Assembly (NCBI GenBank): GCA_009602725.1
Contig: WELB01000029.1
Coordinates: 50,326 to 114,325, forward strand
Direction: 5' to 3'
DNA from: Spirogloea muscicola
Lineage: Eukaryota
DNA length: 64,000 bases
A program made the translations under genes and the position numbers. The notes below the pieces were generated by a model, which worked only from the letters and a program-made list of their open reading frames with translations, did not search any database and was not told the DNA's origin. Shown in pieces: positions 62,920-64,000 of this stretch. Numbering within the stretch: position 1 is the first letter of the stretch; the number at the start of each line of letters is the position of its first letter.

Positions 62920-63335
62920 CTGCTGGCGTCCACCAGCAACCGTCGGGCTTATAAGGCTTGTTGGCTTGACCTCCTGCACCAGCTCATGACAAGCTGTCTC
63001 CCAATGGCAGTAGGAGAGCAGCCGGTATACAACATTGCCGGCTGTTTGGCCGTCGTGTACACGGCATGCGTCTTCCCACACCGCCCCAGCGCTACCTGGA
63101 ATCTGCCCTGCATCTGCATGCTGGCCGTGCCCTGGCTGCCGCATGAGGTTATAGGTTGGGCGCCTCTCTGCCGGGTGCTGATCAAGCTGAAATGCGGCTG
63201 TGACTAAGGAGGCTATGAGCGGCCAGCCATTGTGGTCACTGGCCTAATTAATCTACGCTGTCGGACTAATTAAAAATCCTGTCCATCATCGTTGGTTGGC
63301 CTTTCACAGCCATCGCCCCCTCTGAGGAGAGCTTA
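62920..63335 (+). mobile_element. Old degenerate CRE-like LINE 3' fragment
   Basis: WLDLLHQL...GEQPVYNIAGCLAVVY, ALHLHAGRALAA and the terminus ggttggcctttcacagcc...gagagc. Confidence 0.6.
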
Positions 63336-64000
63336 TCGGTCTGAAGAAAGCCAGAGGGGCCCGAATATAGTGATGACTGCTCGTGCACGTCTTGGCAGTG
63401 CTGCGAGGAACTACATAGTGGTGTGAATGTCATTATATGACAACGGCGCTGCTGCACTGATAGTGACAATCGTTGCCGGCAGTGCATGAGCTTGCTTGTG
63501 TACGCGTGAGAGCAAAGACAAGGGGAACAGCGTGTACCAAGTGACAGAGGCCAGAGGCCAAGTACCAAGGCAAGCACGTCCACAGAGTCGTGCGCCAGGT
63601 GCTAAATCGACCTTTCGGTAGCTGCACTTATGCCATAGCTGGAAAAGCGTGAATGACATTGGAGGGCTTAATTGGCCAAATTCATAGGCAAGCATATCAA
63701 ACATATGCACATCACCTGCTGCTACGCAGACCTGCTCGGTGTCCAAAAGTCGGCAAGTAGAGGTTTAGGTTTAGGCTTAAGACTTAGGACGGCAGGTGTT
63801 AGGACTGGCGCGGCAAACTCCAAGCCATTCTGCCACTACCTAGATGTGATATGCAACACTGACGGATGTATCGGCACTGACGTTCTCAACTTTCAACAGG
63901 TTGTCGTGCCACTCGCCCAGGCCCTTGCCTTACCTTAGAAGAGCTGTTTCTCCCAGTGTTGGTGTCAGCCGGTTCAACCGGATGTCTTTCAACGCCATTG

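Noticed and set aside
63771..63803. TTTAGG-like repeats as an interstitial telomere or LINE target
   Set aside because: Only two or three degenerate units, with no element junction clearly at them.

Overview
Intron-rich, GC-rich eukaryotic nuclear DNA with plant-like genes, probably from a streptophyte green alga (inference). There are three assembly gaps. The first ~33 kb holds eight compact spliced genes: ASH2L/TRAUCO-like, a tandem rhodanese-domain protein, AHA1, an OTLD1-like OTU deubiquitinase, APE2, a PhyH-family dioxygenase, a sucrose-phosphatase lacking the plant C-terminal domain, and a probable FLIP/FIRRM homologue. The rest contains a ~7 kb segmental duplication carrying a secreted nepenthesin-type aspartic protease fused to an extensin-like (KASPPPP)n tail; one copy looks intact and one is disabled. 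It also contains a decayed near-full-length CRE-clade (RLE) non-LTR retrotransposon and a nested PIF/Harbinger-like foldback cluster. The most striking pattern is at least 25 5'-truncated ends of several CRE-like subfamilies, some only ~60 bp long. They share a 3' hairpin architecture and CT-initiated target duplications, and are stacked upstream of gene starts, mostly in the gene's sense orientation. None were seen in introns or convergent intergenic gaps. This suggests a promoter-targeting retroelement system (inference).
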